The notes under the pieces were generated by a model. That model worked only from the letters and a program-made list of their open reading frames with translations, was not told where the DNA came from and made no database searches. Below are positions 14,966 through 27,611 of a stretch of DNA of 64,000 nt, piece after piece (the first letter of the stretch is position 1; each line of letters begins with the position of its first letter). This DNA is from Balanoglossus misakiensis (taxonomy: Eukaryota; Animalia; Hemichordata). Position numbers and translations under genes: made by a program. The stretch covers positions 8,835,778 through 8,899,777 of the forward strand of contig CM082597.2 in assembly GCA_040954595.2 (NCBI GenBank), given 5' to 3'.

Positions 14966-15506
14966 AAAAATAACGATGTCAAATATAAAACAATTCATGA
15001 AAATTGCGAGAATCACGCAAGAACCATGATGTCATTCTTCTACACTACGACGGCCAAAGATATAAAAAAAATTGAAAAATAAAAAAATGTCCCTTTCTAC
15101 CTACAATATTTTTGAAAACCATGTAATCGGAATAGCACATATTAGTTTTTTTGGCCTGAGACATATCCAATTTCCCAACTGAACATGACACGTGATCAAG
15201 CATTTTCGACTTATCAGATGCAATCGCTGAACACCTCACACTGAGCGAGGTTTTGTCTGTCTTTATACGCGCCCTTTGTATTTGTGCGTGACATGTCCAA
15301 GCCTTGTTAGGAACTCCCGTAAAATTCTACTCAAATGATGTATACTTTCATACTTACGACTGACAGGTATTTTCAGCGTTGCCAGCTGATTGTTTGTCAG
15401 GTACCGCTTTATAACAAGACGCCCCTCTGAGTTGATAACCTGCAATGTAACATCATTCAATTGGTCTAGTCATGTTAGCATTAGTAAAATGCTTCAAAAG
15501 TGTTAA

Positions 15507-15797
15507 AGGGACATGATACAAGACACCGTTTATGTTAGTGAATGAACGTTCAACCACACACAACTTCCATCCGGCTTGTATGATACGAGAGTAAAAACTC
15601 GCCCGAAATGAATAAATGGTAGAGACCGTTTATTCATTTTGGCTACTTTTTAAAACTCTCGTGTCTATACAAGCGGGGTGGAAGGTGTGTATGGTTGAAC
15701 GTTGATTCACTATATCCACATGTAGAATAATATAAACGCAGTCTTGTATCAAACATAATTAATGGAAAAAGGGCAGCGAGAGAGAGACTTTGTCCCT
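15507..15797. mobile_element. TTAA-flanked palindromic MITE, Kolobok-like (family A, copy 1)
   Basis: TTAA|AGGGACA...TGTCCCT|TTAA. The body is largely self-complementary and homologous to 16431-16750 and 37517-37863. RR...YY termini with a TTAA TSD are the Kolobok signature. Confidence 0.85.
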
Positions 15798-16094
15798 TTA
15801 ATGAATACAGCCACAATGTTCTGTTTATATCTACTGACGGACCAGGCATGGATTGTCACGTATAATTCTTTGAAACGTTTGGTCCTCTGAAGAAATCTGA
15901 GCACTCATCTACTCAGTTTGCTTATTTTGTCTTCCTCCACCAGTCAGTGGTATCGTCCGATTTGATACTCCACTCTAAGCCTCTTTCTGAATGGCTCTTT
16001 AAGTTGTGATCTGTAAGTCTTAAACCTTTCATCATCCCCCCCCCCCCCCCGTTTCCTCTTTAGAGGTCGTCAACTGGTAAACTGTGCGCCTGTG

Positions 16095-16270
16095 TCTCTT
16101 CCCATAGGAGTACATGGAGAATAGTTAGAAAACTCACTTCTACTATTGTCATTTTCATGAAATTTTACACATAGCTCCGACAAATCAAAATAAATTCATC
16201 ACGCTCTATTTTGAGATAAACTTTGTTCAATATTGTATCCATAGACAAACCATTGGTAGAAAATGCTGAC
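16095..16270 (+). repeat. Dispersed repeat fragment also at ~25200-25420 (+) and ~25862-26030 (-)
   Basis: Shared blocks CTTCCCATAGGA, CTTCTACTATTGT, TTTTGAGATAAACTT and CCATAGACAAACCATTGGT..AAAATGCTGA, the last as reverse complement at 25862-25893. Confidence 0.65.
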
Positions 16271-16430
16271 CGTTTTCTTCAATTGTCGACTAAATTCACG
16301 GCCTTGTTTAAAGTCGAAAACAAGTGCAGTGACCCAAAATGGATTTTCATTATACATACAAATCAGAAACGAAAATTCACGATTAAAAGAAATGACAATG
16401 CTTTCAATTTTACTGATCGTACATCCTTAA

Positions 16431-16750
16431 CTCGCTGCCCTTTTCCATGTTTGATACAAAACACCGTTTATATTAATGTAAATGTGGATATATAGTGATG
16501 CAACGTTCAACCGCACACACCTTCTATCCCGCATGTAGACACGAGAGCGAAAACTCGCAAAACTGAAAAATCGGTCTCTACCATTAATTCATTTTGGGCG
16601 AGTTTTTACTCTCATATCATACAAGCAGGATGGAAGTTGTGTGTGGTTGAACGTTCATTCACTACATATACACATGCCCATTAATATAAACGGTGTCTTG
16701 TATCAAACATAATTAATAGAAAAGGGCGACGAGAGAGAGAGTTTGTCCCT
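16431..16750. mobile_element. Family A MITE copy 2 (left end truncated)
   Basis: Ends GAGAGAGTTTGTCCCT|TTAA and shares internal motifs (GATACAA.ACACCGTTT, AACGTTCAACC) with the other copies. Confidence 0.8.
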
Positions 16751-18079
16751 TTAAGGCGACATGATGCATGAAGTGGCGAGAGATAAACGCGGCTGACCAC
16801 CGCATTAAACACTGTCAAGCAAGGCACTTCAAATGCCAATTGTTTAAGTGTGTACTAAGTAATAGGTTCATGTACCATGGGGGGGGGGGTCAAATCACAA
16901 CAGTTGGACATGTACGAATATGAAGAGACGATATCAGTTTGTTCATGTCTTCCTTTAGTAAAAAATCTTTTTTGAACTTTGTATAGAATTCATTGAACTT
17001 TACTTTAGCTTATGAACTCTCATTTGCACATCGTCATCTTGAAATTGTGTCGACTTTATCATAAGGTTTTTATCACTCAACTAGGTCGCAAAACCTATTT
17101 AAGTTAGTGAGAATAGGACGTTCACCTTTTGGGTTGATGGCTACAGCCGTTAATCCTGACTCATACACATGTTGCAGCCAGTATACTCTGCAGACATTGG
17201 ACACAATAGTTTTACGAACCATTAAATTTTATTGGACCATCAAGTTTATTGACCCATGACGTTCATATAGATTTTATGACACGACTGACGCTATAATCGG
17301 TCCTTACCTTCGGCGAGCCAAGTGTTTTATAACATCATAAGATATTAATACCTATCACCCAGTCAAACGATTTCAAGTTATAAAATTTCCACGCCAATAG
17401 GACGCCTTTAGGTGGAAATGCAACCAGGTATCCTAAATAGGAAAATATTCCGGGTATCTGTCAAGTTTAGTCCCATATTTAGGGGACCAAGAGCCCTCAG
17501 GCGCTTGGTCCCCTTCTGTTATTGCTGGAGTTTGTCTTCTTTCTTCTTGAGTCGTTTTTTTGCGCCCGTTTTTCTCTGAAATTCCGGCAGGTGCGCCTCC
17601 AAATTTGGCACGGTGGTTGGGGCCCATGAGTACTGGTGCACCTGCCCTTTGAATTTGTAATTAGTCACGTGACTTTGTGGCTATAATCGAGCGAAATTTT
17701 CAAATTGACCTAATTTGCACGTTAATGGGGGCATGTACATTCTTTTCGCGATTTTTGTAGACCATGTGGCCAAAATCCCCTGTGCCAAATTTCAAGGTCC
17801 TAGGCCACGTCGATTTTGAGAAGAAGATTTTTGTAATATTTTTTCGCATTTTTTGGTGGGCTGAGGACGGACACTGGGGCATCGGACTTTGACCGTCATT
17901 ACGTAATGTTGTGGAGATCTCATTAGCAGGCTACTCACTTCTGGCGGGTTGCAGTAGTCCTTGGCAAATCGGCTGAAATACGTAAACAGACCAGTGATTA
18001 TTTTCCACGGAATGAATTTTGGGACAACACATTATCGGAGTTCAGGCTGTGTTAGGGCGTTTTATTGAATTACGCTGAG

Positions 18080-20615
18080 TTTGGATTGACCACTGTGTTA
18101 CCACTAAAAAATTTTATAGCAATGTTCTTTCAATTTCGAGTCTTTGCAATGTTGTTGACTCCGACCATATTCCTGTTTCAATAGAGGTTCATTTCAACAC
18201 TTCTGCTGATGAATGCTTCAGCAGTAGTTCCTTCAAGCAATGTAATTTTCGAGTTGATTGGAAAAAATTGTCACAGCAGAATATATCCGCCTACACCGGT
18301 TGTACCAAAGCCAAGGTTGATAAGATTAATTTATCCGAAGAGTTATTCTGCACTAATGTGAACTGTACATACCCTTCGCATTTACAGGCAATTGATACTT
18401 GTTATAGTAGTGTTGTGGACGCATTGAATTGTGCTGCAAAAGATACCATTAGGCGTAAGTTTCACCAGAAAGTTCATGTTGTGCCTGGCTGGAACGATTT
18501 TGTAAAAGAAAGTCACGACTATGCCCGTTCCATGTTTTTATTATGGGTTAATGGGGGTAAACCTTAACAAGGCCCGCTTTTTGAAACCATGAAATCTTCC
18601 AGAGCTCGTTTTAAGTATGCTTTACGTGCTTGTAAAAAGATTGAGAATCAAAATAGGGCTGACAAGATGGCTGACAATTTACGCTGCCACAAACAGAACG
18701 ACTTCTGGAAGGAAGTCAGAAAGCAAACTAGCAGAAAAATGCCGCTTTCTGACACTGTAGGTGGAGCGACTGGTGAGAGTGAAATTGCAATTATGTGGCA
18801 CAAGCATTTCAGTGATATTTTGAATTCTGTCCAGGCTCAGACTGGTAAAAATGACATCGAGGAGAAAATGAAGTATGTTAAATTTTCTTCTGATATGTAT
18901 GTTTCTGAAGAAGAAGTAATTTCTGCTATACATAAGTTACCTGACGATAAGACAGCTGGCATTGACAATATTTCAGCTGAGCACCTCAAATTCTCAGACT
19001 CCTCTATTTTACCCATTTTGACTTGATTGTTCATGGTTACCTGCAAACTGAGGCTATCAAAGTTATTTTAGTTCCAATTAAGGATAAAACTAAGCTTTGT
19101 AGTGATGCCAGTAACTACCGGCCGATAGCACTAGCAACTGTTTTCTCTAAAGTTTTTGAGCCTATTTTACTTTCTCGTTGTGAGGAGTTTCTTACCTCTC
19201 ATTATTTACAATTTGGTTTCAAGCGAGAACATTCAACTGACCTGTGTTTATTTGCATTTAAAGAAATCATTAGCTACTACACCAGCAATGGAAGACCAGT
19301 GTTTACTTGTTTTCTGGATGCTTCAAAAGCTTTTGACAGAGTTAATCACTTTAAACTGGTTAACAAGCTCATCGACAGGAATGTTCCCTTGTATGCTGTA
19401 CGAATTTTATATTAAAGGTCCCATGCCATGCCCTATACAACCACGCGTAAAATCACTATTTGGGTCTTGAAGTTAACGTATGTTACTATCTTGCAATGCG
19501 TTTTGCCCCTTGTGCTTAGATAACAAGCAAGTAAAAGTGGCGGGTGGGCGTGTACCCCTAACCCAACTCAGTCGATTTTTTTTGGCTTTTCAAAGTTAAG
19601 CCGAAGACTTATCTTGATGTGGACAAATAGTCTTTCACACCTTTGTAAATCCTCTGCCTGCAATGTGAGGCAAGGGCTTCCTTTGCTTTGAACACTGTTT
19701 ATATAGCTTATCTTTGTCTGTGGACTTAATTACTCATGGACCGATAATTACACTTTACTGTAAACAGAATGGTACACTACGACATAGTGTACTTGTTTGT
19801 CCATATGCAAATACCTTCGCCTGGCTCGAGTGCGAAGTGGCTCCCCGATCACAGGCATGAAAAAAGGTGGCAAATTCCGGCATTCGTGCACATTTTTCGG
19901 AACCGACACAATAGGCAATGCATAGACAGGTACCCTAGGTGAGCTTTTGACGTGGAAAAATGAAAACTTTCCAAAGCATGACATGTGACCTTTAATGGTA
20001 CAGAAATCAATTGTTTACTGTGTTGTGGGGTAATGAAACCTCAGAGTTGTTTTCTGTTTCTAACGGTGTAAGACAAGGGGGAGTACTCTCTCCCTATCTT
20101 TTTAATGTCTACATTGATGATCTTATCAATGCACTCTGTAAAGCCAAAGTTGGCTGTACCATGTGTGGTGTCAGCGCTAACACTTTAGGTTACGCTGACG
20201 ACATGACTCTACTCAGTCCAAGTATTAAGGGTCTACACCGTCTTCTTAGAATTTGTGAAATTTATGGCAAGGATTATGATATAATTTATAATTCTAGTAA
20301 AACTGTGTGCATGCTTTTTAATGGGAAGAATATGAGCGTTCAAAGAATTCCTTCGGTTAAACTTAATGACATCACTTTAAAGTTTGTACCTGTACACACC
20401 TATCTGGGCCATGTTATATCTTGTGAGGGTTGTGATAATGAAGATATTGAACGACAGAGAAGAGCATTTTGTGTTAGAGCAAACATGCTATTGAGACATT
20501 TTCAACATTTTAGTCAAGATGTGAAGAAAGTTTTATTTTTGGCATATTGTAGTAATATTTACTGTTGCAATTTGTGGGCATCCTTTAAAGTAAAACCGAT
20601 GAAAAAATTTAAAAC
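18080..20615 (+). pseudogene. Degenerate non-LTR retrotransposon ORF2 (APE C-terminus plus reverse transcriptase), possibly RTE-X-like; split by a MITE
   Basis: WIDH and SDHIP endonuclease motifs (18082-18175). RT motifs NYRPIAL, QFGFK, FLDASKAFDRV, GVRQGGVLSPYLFNVYIDDL, YADD, YLG. Stops and frameshift at ~18565 and ~19024; truncated at both ends. The clade call is tentative. Confidence 0.93.
19416..19991. mobile_element. TTAA-flanked Kolobok-like MITE inserted in the LINE RT
   Basis: TTAA|AGGTCCCATGCCATGC...GCATGACATGTGACCT|TTAA (14/16 TIR match). Removing it rejoins RILY*WYRNQLFTVLWG in one frame. Confidence 0.9.
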
Positions 20616-21309
20616 AGTGGACTTTGACCCTAAGTCGCTAATGTTGTGGGAGGTTTCATTAGCATTGTAGTCACATGTAGTGGATAGTAGTTTGGGAAAT
20701 TGGCTGAAATACGTCAGCAGACCAGTGATTTTCTTGCACGACAGGAGTATGGTACCAGCAATAATCAGAGATCAGGCTTCGTTGCCGTTCAAAAGTTCCT
20801 ACTTCAGTCGTGATGTTGCAACTGGACGTTCAGTATGGGGGTCGGCCCGCAGGTGGCCGTGTGGGTTATCAGGTCGCCCGTAACGGCACGCAGCTACATG
20901 CAGCTGTATGGGACTAAAATAATACACCCGATTCGGGTGTCACCTGTGACACCTGCATAACTCAATAATTATGTGCATGCGTAATTGTGGGGTCAATGAA
21001 AGGGGTGGTAGCGTGCTATTTGTTGCACATGGATCAATATGAAGTCCGATTTTCCCGTCAAGTTGTGGGCGACCTTATGTGACCTTTCACCTACTTTTGC
21101 TTAGTGAGCATCCACAGCAGATGCATGCAGCTTTGGCTTGGGAGGGGGGGGGGCATATACGGATGGGACCATAATGATATACCAAAGGCGGGGTCGTCTG
21201 TTGCACCTGCCTAAGTCATTGATTTTGTACATTTAATTAGACACTAACCAACAGGGCGATAGGTGTGGTTTTTGTTCCACAGGGACGAATGTAAGTGTCA
21301 GTTGGTTTT

Positions 21310-22175
21310 TGCCCAAATGTCCATTGAGGCCTGTATCCGTGATCTTAAGGACTGGATGACCCAAAACAAGCTTCAACTCAACGACTCCAAAAACTGAGAT
21401 TCTACTTATTCGTTCACAATTTCATCACTCTGCTGATGCTATTGACAAGATTACCATTGGTTCAAGCTCTGTTCCCGTCGTTAAATCAGCTCGCAATATT
21501 GGTGTAATATTTGACAATACGCACATGTATAAAGATCACATCAAGAAAACTTGTCAATCAATATATTACCACTTTCGCCGTGTCGGACAAATCAGGAAAT
21601 TTCTTAACAAAGCAACATGTCAAACAGTGATTCATGCTATTTTGGCAGCGAAACTCGACTATGGTAATGCATTACTGTATGGTATACCAGAACGCAGTCT
21701 GAACCTTCTACAACACACACAAAATACAGCTGCAAGAATCATAACTCGGTCCAGGAAGTCTGCCCATATAACGCCAGTTCTTCAACTTCTTCATTGGTTA
21801 CCAGTTCGCCACAGGATAGAGTATAAAATAAATCTGCTCACATACAAAGCCTTAAATAATCTCGCTCCGAACTATATCCGCGATCTCATTCGGACATATT
21901 CTCCTGGTCGCAGGCTTCGTTCAGCTAATAAGAGCCTTTTATGCACTACAATGTACAAACGTTCTTCTTACGGTGGCCGAGCATTCTCTCATGCTGCAAC
22001 GAAACTGTGGAACATTCGTCAAGCTCCAAGTTTGAGTATCTTTAAGAAAAGACTGAAGACGCATTATTTCGCAAGAGCATATGGTGTGGGCCAATGAGCA
22101 CAAGCGCCTTTGAGTATGACACTTGTTATAGATACTGGCGCTATACAAATTTCTCTGATTGATTGATTGATTGAT
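21310..22175 (+). mobile_element. 5'-truncated L2-clade LINE (RT C-terminus, 3' UTR, (TTGA)n tail)
   Basis: WMTQNKLQLN..KTE (frameshifted), LDYGNALLYG, LHWLPV..RIEYK, RAFS.AA.KLWN, FKKRLKTHYF. The 3' end AAGCGCCTTTGAG...GGCGCTATACAAAT is followed by a (TTGA)n tail. Confidence 0.92.
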
Positions 22176-22984
22176 GTATAAGGTGATTTGGATGACCTCT
22201 GTCATACAGTGCCATATCTCATCCCGTTGTACAGGTGCAGCTTTGGTATTTGGAGGGATGAAACTATCATGAAATGCCAAATACAGGGGGATACCTTTGA
22301 CACCTGCTTGATTCATGTATTACGTGCATACCTAATGTTAGGCAAAGTGAAAGGGCTGCAAATGTAGGATTTGTTGCACAAGACATAAACAGGAATGAAA
22401 TTTTTCTGTCAAATTTTTGAATGACCTCAGGTGTCCATTGACCTGCTTTCCATATGTTAGCATGCACATCATATATAGCCACGTGTTTGGAGGGGTAGGG
22501 TAGGACCGTCATGAAATGCTAAATTCCTAGGGCCACCTGTAACTTACTTGCGTAACTCATTATTATGGCCATACCTAATTTTAAAAACCCAAAGGGCGAG
22601 AATTTTCCGTTGTCTTGAATATGAACCAAATAGGAATCCAAATTTTTGGCCCAATTTTTGGGTACCCTCAGCTGACCTTTGAAGTACTTAACTGAAGTCC
22701 TTACATAACGTAGAAGTTCACTTGTGGTTGTTGTGTTTGTACTTGTAGGACATCCATTTCGGGTGGTTGCCTACTTCCCCATATCTCCACATCCAGAGCA
22801 AATACAGCCTACGCAATTGAATGGTACAACCCTGAATGGAGTCTAATGGTTATTATCTCTATGCTTGGGCCCCTTCAATGCTGCTTGCAGCTTTAATTAT
22901 TACTATTATTATTGTCACGATATAAAGACACCAACTAAAAACTTACAAAATCACAATGTCTTCACAACTCAAAATTTCACTCAC

Positions 22985-24076
22985 TTCTTTTAGTTTGGTA
23001 GCCACCCCTCCTTTCTGTCCTAGCATAACAGGAGCACCATCACTGCCCAAAGCAGACAGACGATCTCTTAAGACAATACCATTCTCTGAAGAAAACTCTT
23101 TCACTGACTGTGCAATGGTGTCTGCTCTGCCATCACCAACCTAAAACAGTGAAAATAAAACCTTGATGTTAACACATGCAATGTACAACTCAATGTTTGT
23201 CTCACCTGAAATAACTAGTCAGCAAAATCAATTAAATGAGGTCACTCAAAAACATGTTTAATCGTATGTTTTTAATTCAGTGTAGACTTAAAAATTGAAA
23301 AACTTTCCACTTACTTCTTTAACTCCAAGGAAAGACACAACTGACTTCCCAGACCTCAAGGTGTACTTGGAATAGATGATTAATTGCTTCAATACAGCCA
23401 CATCAGTTGTTTTCATCTATTAACAGTGAATAGAAGTTACTTCCTTTCATCTTCTCTAAAATCTCATCACGGATGACTTTGCCTGAAAAATGAAATAAAT
23501 GAAAATTACTCTTCAGATTAAACTTATCAAAATTCACAGTAATTTGTACAGTAATTATTCTTTATTGAGTGTAACACTATTGCTTAAACAGTGATCCTTT
23601 CTTGAAAACAACCAGGTTTAAATAAATGTTACTACATTGCCTACAATTTAGATCTGCACAAAAATCAGTAGACCTACTTACCAATGCAATAAACCATTAT
23701 AGTTGTGGTCATCACTGCTGAGAGTACCAAGGAATGAACACCCGAGGGACTTTGCCAATTCCAAAACATGGATGAAGTTGGTGGTGTGCGGCAATTCTCT
23801 GTGCATGAGAAAATACATGCATCGTAGGACGCCGATGCATGAAGGCTTGCGTCTCAAAGGTGATGACCTTGTCAAATGCAGCCACAAGACCGCTGCTATT
23901 CTCGATAACTGCTGCCTCGGCGTCAAGCTGCATTGCCGCCCGGTCGATAATCGTCTCTTCATGCTGCTTGAGTTTGTCTTCGCGAAGGGTGGTACATGTA
24001 CATGGAGATGTTGTAACCCAAGTCCCTCCGCACTTGGCCTTCTGCTTGTGTTTTGTACAAAGGCGACAAAACATCC
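22985..24076 (-). pseudogene. Intron-containing hAT transposase-derived (ZNF862/C17orf113-like) pseudogene, three exons
   Basis: Exon 24076-23682 (MFCRLCTKH zinc finger; LPHTTNF; frameshifted), exon 23482-23315 (GKVIRDEIL..FYSLLIDETTDV..KQLIIY..FLGVKE) and exon 23140-22985 (VGDGRADTI..LGSDGAPVMLG.KGGVATKLKE). AG acceptors and GTAAGT/GTGAGT donors flank the exons. Confidence 0.85.
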
Positions 24077-26412
24077 CTAAACTGAATAAATATCATTCTC
24101 TCAAATGCCAGCCGCATGCGGGAGCGTGCACCAGAAACAATAAATATTTACCAAGGCGGGAATGAAAAGAAAGCAGGGCGGCGCGTAAGATAGCAGGGTG
24201 GCAAAAAATAAAGGAGGGCGGGTCTGCCCAGCTAACCCCCCCCCCCCCCCAAAGTATTAACGCTCTGTGTTTACCATAGACTAATAGTGTCTCAAATTTT
24301 ACCCTGTGTGAACCTGGTAAGAGACGTGTCTCAAATCTGAGAAGATTCAGGACCACTTAAACCATTCACCAATAATAATTTATGCCAGTATTTGATCTGA
24401 GACGTTTTAGCAATTTCTTGTGTGACCCCCATATCAGTTGAAGCTGACAAATCCAGTATTTTGAATTTTTACATGGATTTTGTATACAGTGTGAATTGTA
24501 ATTAAAGCTCCATTACCTTTACCTTTTTCCTATGTTTTCAGTATCTTTGTTTAGCAGTTTCTTGTGCAAATTCCCGAAACATGATGAAACATATATGTGT
24601 ATGGTCAGCATTGTTATTGTGCCAAATTGGAATTTAAGTCCAGACTAGAATCCATGAATTATTGTCAACAATGACAATGGCCATTATACACATACATTCT
24701 GTGCTGACAAGTAACAATCTGTGTGGAGTAGAACATGAAATCGCATTTGCTACATAGAACAAAAATACTGGAAATAAAGCCAAAAGATACAACGAATGTA
24801 ATTTAACTTTAACTGCATTCTCATTCTCATCTGTATATATTTTACTGAGATTGTTTCATCAGGGTTTATCAGTATTCTAAACCAGCTTATGTGTGCATAC
24901 AATCTGATTAAAATCAGATGTAGGGTACGGCGACGTCTTTTACTTCGCAGTACGGTATTCTTATACTGTCGCCTCACACTACATCTGACCAACTCCCATA
25001 GAAGCTCCCGTTGAAAACTCTAGTAAACCAATCAGACGGTGCCTTATAGAGAACTTTAGGTATCCTTCAGTTTTGATTGACATAACGTGCAATCTGATTG
25101 GCTTGGCCGCAACGGGACGTTGAACAAGCTTCTATATCTGATTCATATAATACTGAAAGGGTTAAGAATGGCACACACTACATGTATGAGCTCATGGAAT
25201 GTGTTTCTTCCCATAGGATAACATTAAGAATTGATAGAAAACCCTTTTCTACTATTGTAATTTTAAGAAGTTTCACTCATAACTCATCCAAATGAAATTA
25301 AATTGAGTGATTCATATAAGTTGTAGGCTCACCACTGTGCTCAGTTTTGAGATAAACTTAAATGTGTCCATGCCTATAGAAAAATAACATAGAAAGACCT
25401 ATGGTGAAAAATGTTGACTTTAATTCAGGCTGCATTAGTGGAAAAATAATCATACTTTGTCTGGCATAGAAACTCAGAATCTACAAAAAAGGCCTTTAAA
25501 ACATGAATGGAAATGAAAATACTGCTACAATAAGAAATTCTTACCTTGAATAAAGTATTTATTGGTACCACCACTTCCATAAAGAAACCACTTTGCTGGT
25601 GTAATGAGTTGTCAATCTGGGTTTGCTCATTGGCCTTGCTTTGAGTTCCAATTCATGATGATGGTGTATTAGGACACTGGACTTGAAACAGGTGTATGCT
25701 GGTATTATACACGTTGAAAGTATTGTCATTCTTTTAATTGTGGATTTTTGGATTATGCTGTGTATGTATAATGAGAATCCGTTAAAAATTGTAGGGGTCA
25801 TTGCCCTTTTTAAAAAAAATACAGAGCCATGAATTTAGTTGATAATAGAAGAAATTTGCTGTCTCAGCATTTTTCACCAATGGTTTGTCTATGGGCGAAG
25901 ATTTTAACGCAATTTATCTCATAATAGAGCTTGGTGACCACATAATTTTTTTTGACCAATGAATTTACGTTTACTTGTCTGAGCTATGTGTAAAATTTCG
26001 TGAAAAAGACAATAGTAGAAGTTTGTTTTCTGGCAATTATCGATGTAATCCTTTCAGGAACAGACACACATGCACTGTTTATCAGTTTATGTTGTGCGTG
26101 TACATCCTTAAATGGTATTTGCCTCTCATGCCTTCCAAATTGTGATTCTGTTCTAGTGTTTTTGTTAAGAGCGGTACCTAGATAAAATCTACCGGAGTAC
26201 CCCAGTCACTCCGAATTAAAACAACAGAACAAGGCCAATGTCACAGTGGTCAGGCAGTCTACGAGAGTTCCCCAGTCATTTTACCGGGGTTCCCCTGGGT
26301 GTATCAATGTGGTTATATTAGGAGGTTATAGGAATATTAACGGGGTTCCCAAATCCATTACCAGTGTTCCCCGACCTTTGCAAAAACACTGTGTTCTTTT
26401 TATCCTCCACAG

Positions 26413-26987
26413 GAAGAGACAAAGAAAAGCATAGCAACCTCTGCTGATACTGCCACAACAAGCACAAGCACAAACACACCCCAGCCTGTAACTTCTGCGA
26501 ACCAACAACCCCCACCCTATCCAGCCGCAGCATACCAGCAACACTTCCAGCAGATGTCATACCCGAACCCATTCGTGTCTCAGTACGCTGCGTTTGCAGG
26601 AGCCGGACAGCCGCCACGACACAGAGATGCGGCATCGAACAACGACAACACCGTTCAACCGCCAGCCGATGCAACACCCCAGGCAGATGTCAACACTCCC
26701 CTAGCACCAGAACCTGCAACTGCCAACACAGAAAACACCCCCAGAGAAATGCCAATGACAATGCTACCACAGAGACAAACATACGACAAAGAAATGTCAG
26801 CCAGCAAGGGTATGAGCAACCCAGAAGAAGAAACGACACACTATCAAATCAGAATAATCGCCAGATACGTCAGCAAGAAAATAGTAATTCTTTCGTGTTG
26901 ATAGTGCTGTTGAGTCTAGCCTTAGCAGCTCTTATGTTGAGACGATTATTCATTACATACGAGTTTAAATTTGATTATAATGTGTAG
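26413..26987 (+). pseudogene. UBE2J1: UBE2J1 (Ubc6e)-like terminal exon with a frameshift; no UBC-domain exons seen in the window
   Basis: Acceptor TTTTATCCTCCACAG, then a low-complexity S/T/P/Q frame (EETKKSIATS...PPPYP...). After a shift near 26745 the other frame reads ..NIRQRNV..NSNSFVLIVLLSLALAALMLRRLFITYEFKFDYNV*. This closely resembles the vertebrate UBE2J1 tail anchor as I recall it (AVLIVILTLALAALIFRRIYLANEYIFDFEL). Confidence 0.78.
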
Positions 26988-27611
26988 TTTATGAAAATAT
27001 TTAATTAATTCACAACTGATGACAGGTCAAATGTTATTATTTTCCTCGAGTTTTCATACACATCTGGAATGTTGTCTATATCTTAACAAAAACTATTGTT
27101 GAAAAGTCCTGGTGAAAAATCAAGCCAGCCATTATTTATTGTATTGAAATAGATGGGGGGAGGCACAATGAAAATGGCATATGTTTAGCCTATAGATTTC
27201 TGGAAACCACTGGTGAACTCGCTGATAGTACTGAGCAATCTGAATGATATGAACATAGTGGTTATTTGGTTGTAGATACAAGACCTCTCTGCAAAATTTT
27301 CCTCAAAGAGGTTTTAAATCCGTAACCAAATATAAGCGCACACCATTTATAATGTCATTATATATAATATGATTTTGTGTGATAAAAAATCTGATGTTTG
27401 GATTTTAAGTATTACATGCCAGAAAGGCCTCGTTGCTCACTGCTCATGAAAATGCCACTTGTACAAACATGTTCTAGAATTTCTTAAGTAGAGCGCCCTG
27501 ATGCCCATGACCAATCCAAGTTAATAAATTGTGTTCTATTCAGATGCATTCTCTTTTGTGTATTTTATTTCAGTTATTTACTGTTCAGGTCTTCTAGTAG
27601 AGAATGTTATG

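Larger units (their letters stand above)
17481..22897 (+). mobile_element. Helentron/HINE (DINE-1-like) non-autonomous element with nested insertions
   Basis: 5' sub-TIR AGGGGACCAAG (17481) with its inverted partner CTTGGTCCCCT (17504) followed by a CTT-rich tract. 3' sub-TIR CTTGGGCCCCT (22864) followed by the short hairpin GCTGC-TT-GCAGC and TTTAATT. Diverged ~240 bp internal repeats at ~20930, 21180, 22275 and 22515. Confidence 0.7.

Noticed and set aside
25140-25165. piggyBac-like end ...TACTGAAAGGG|TTAA
   Set aside because: No matching opposite terminus found.
26554-26901. Standalone 115 aa P/T-rich protein
   Set aside because: The frame is open upstream to a splice acceptor and its C-terminus is the out-of-frame reading of the UBE2J1-like tail.
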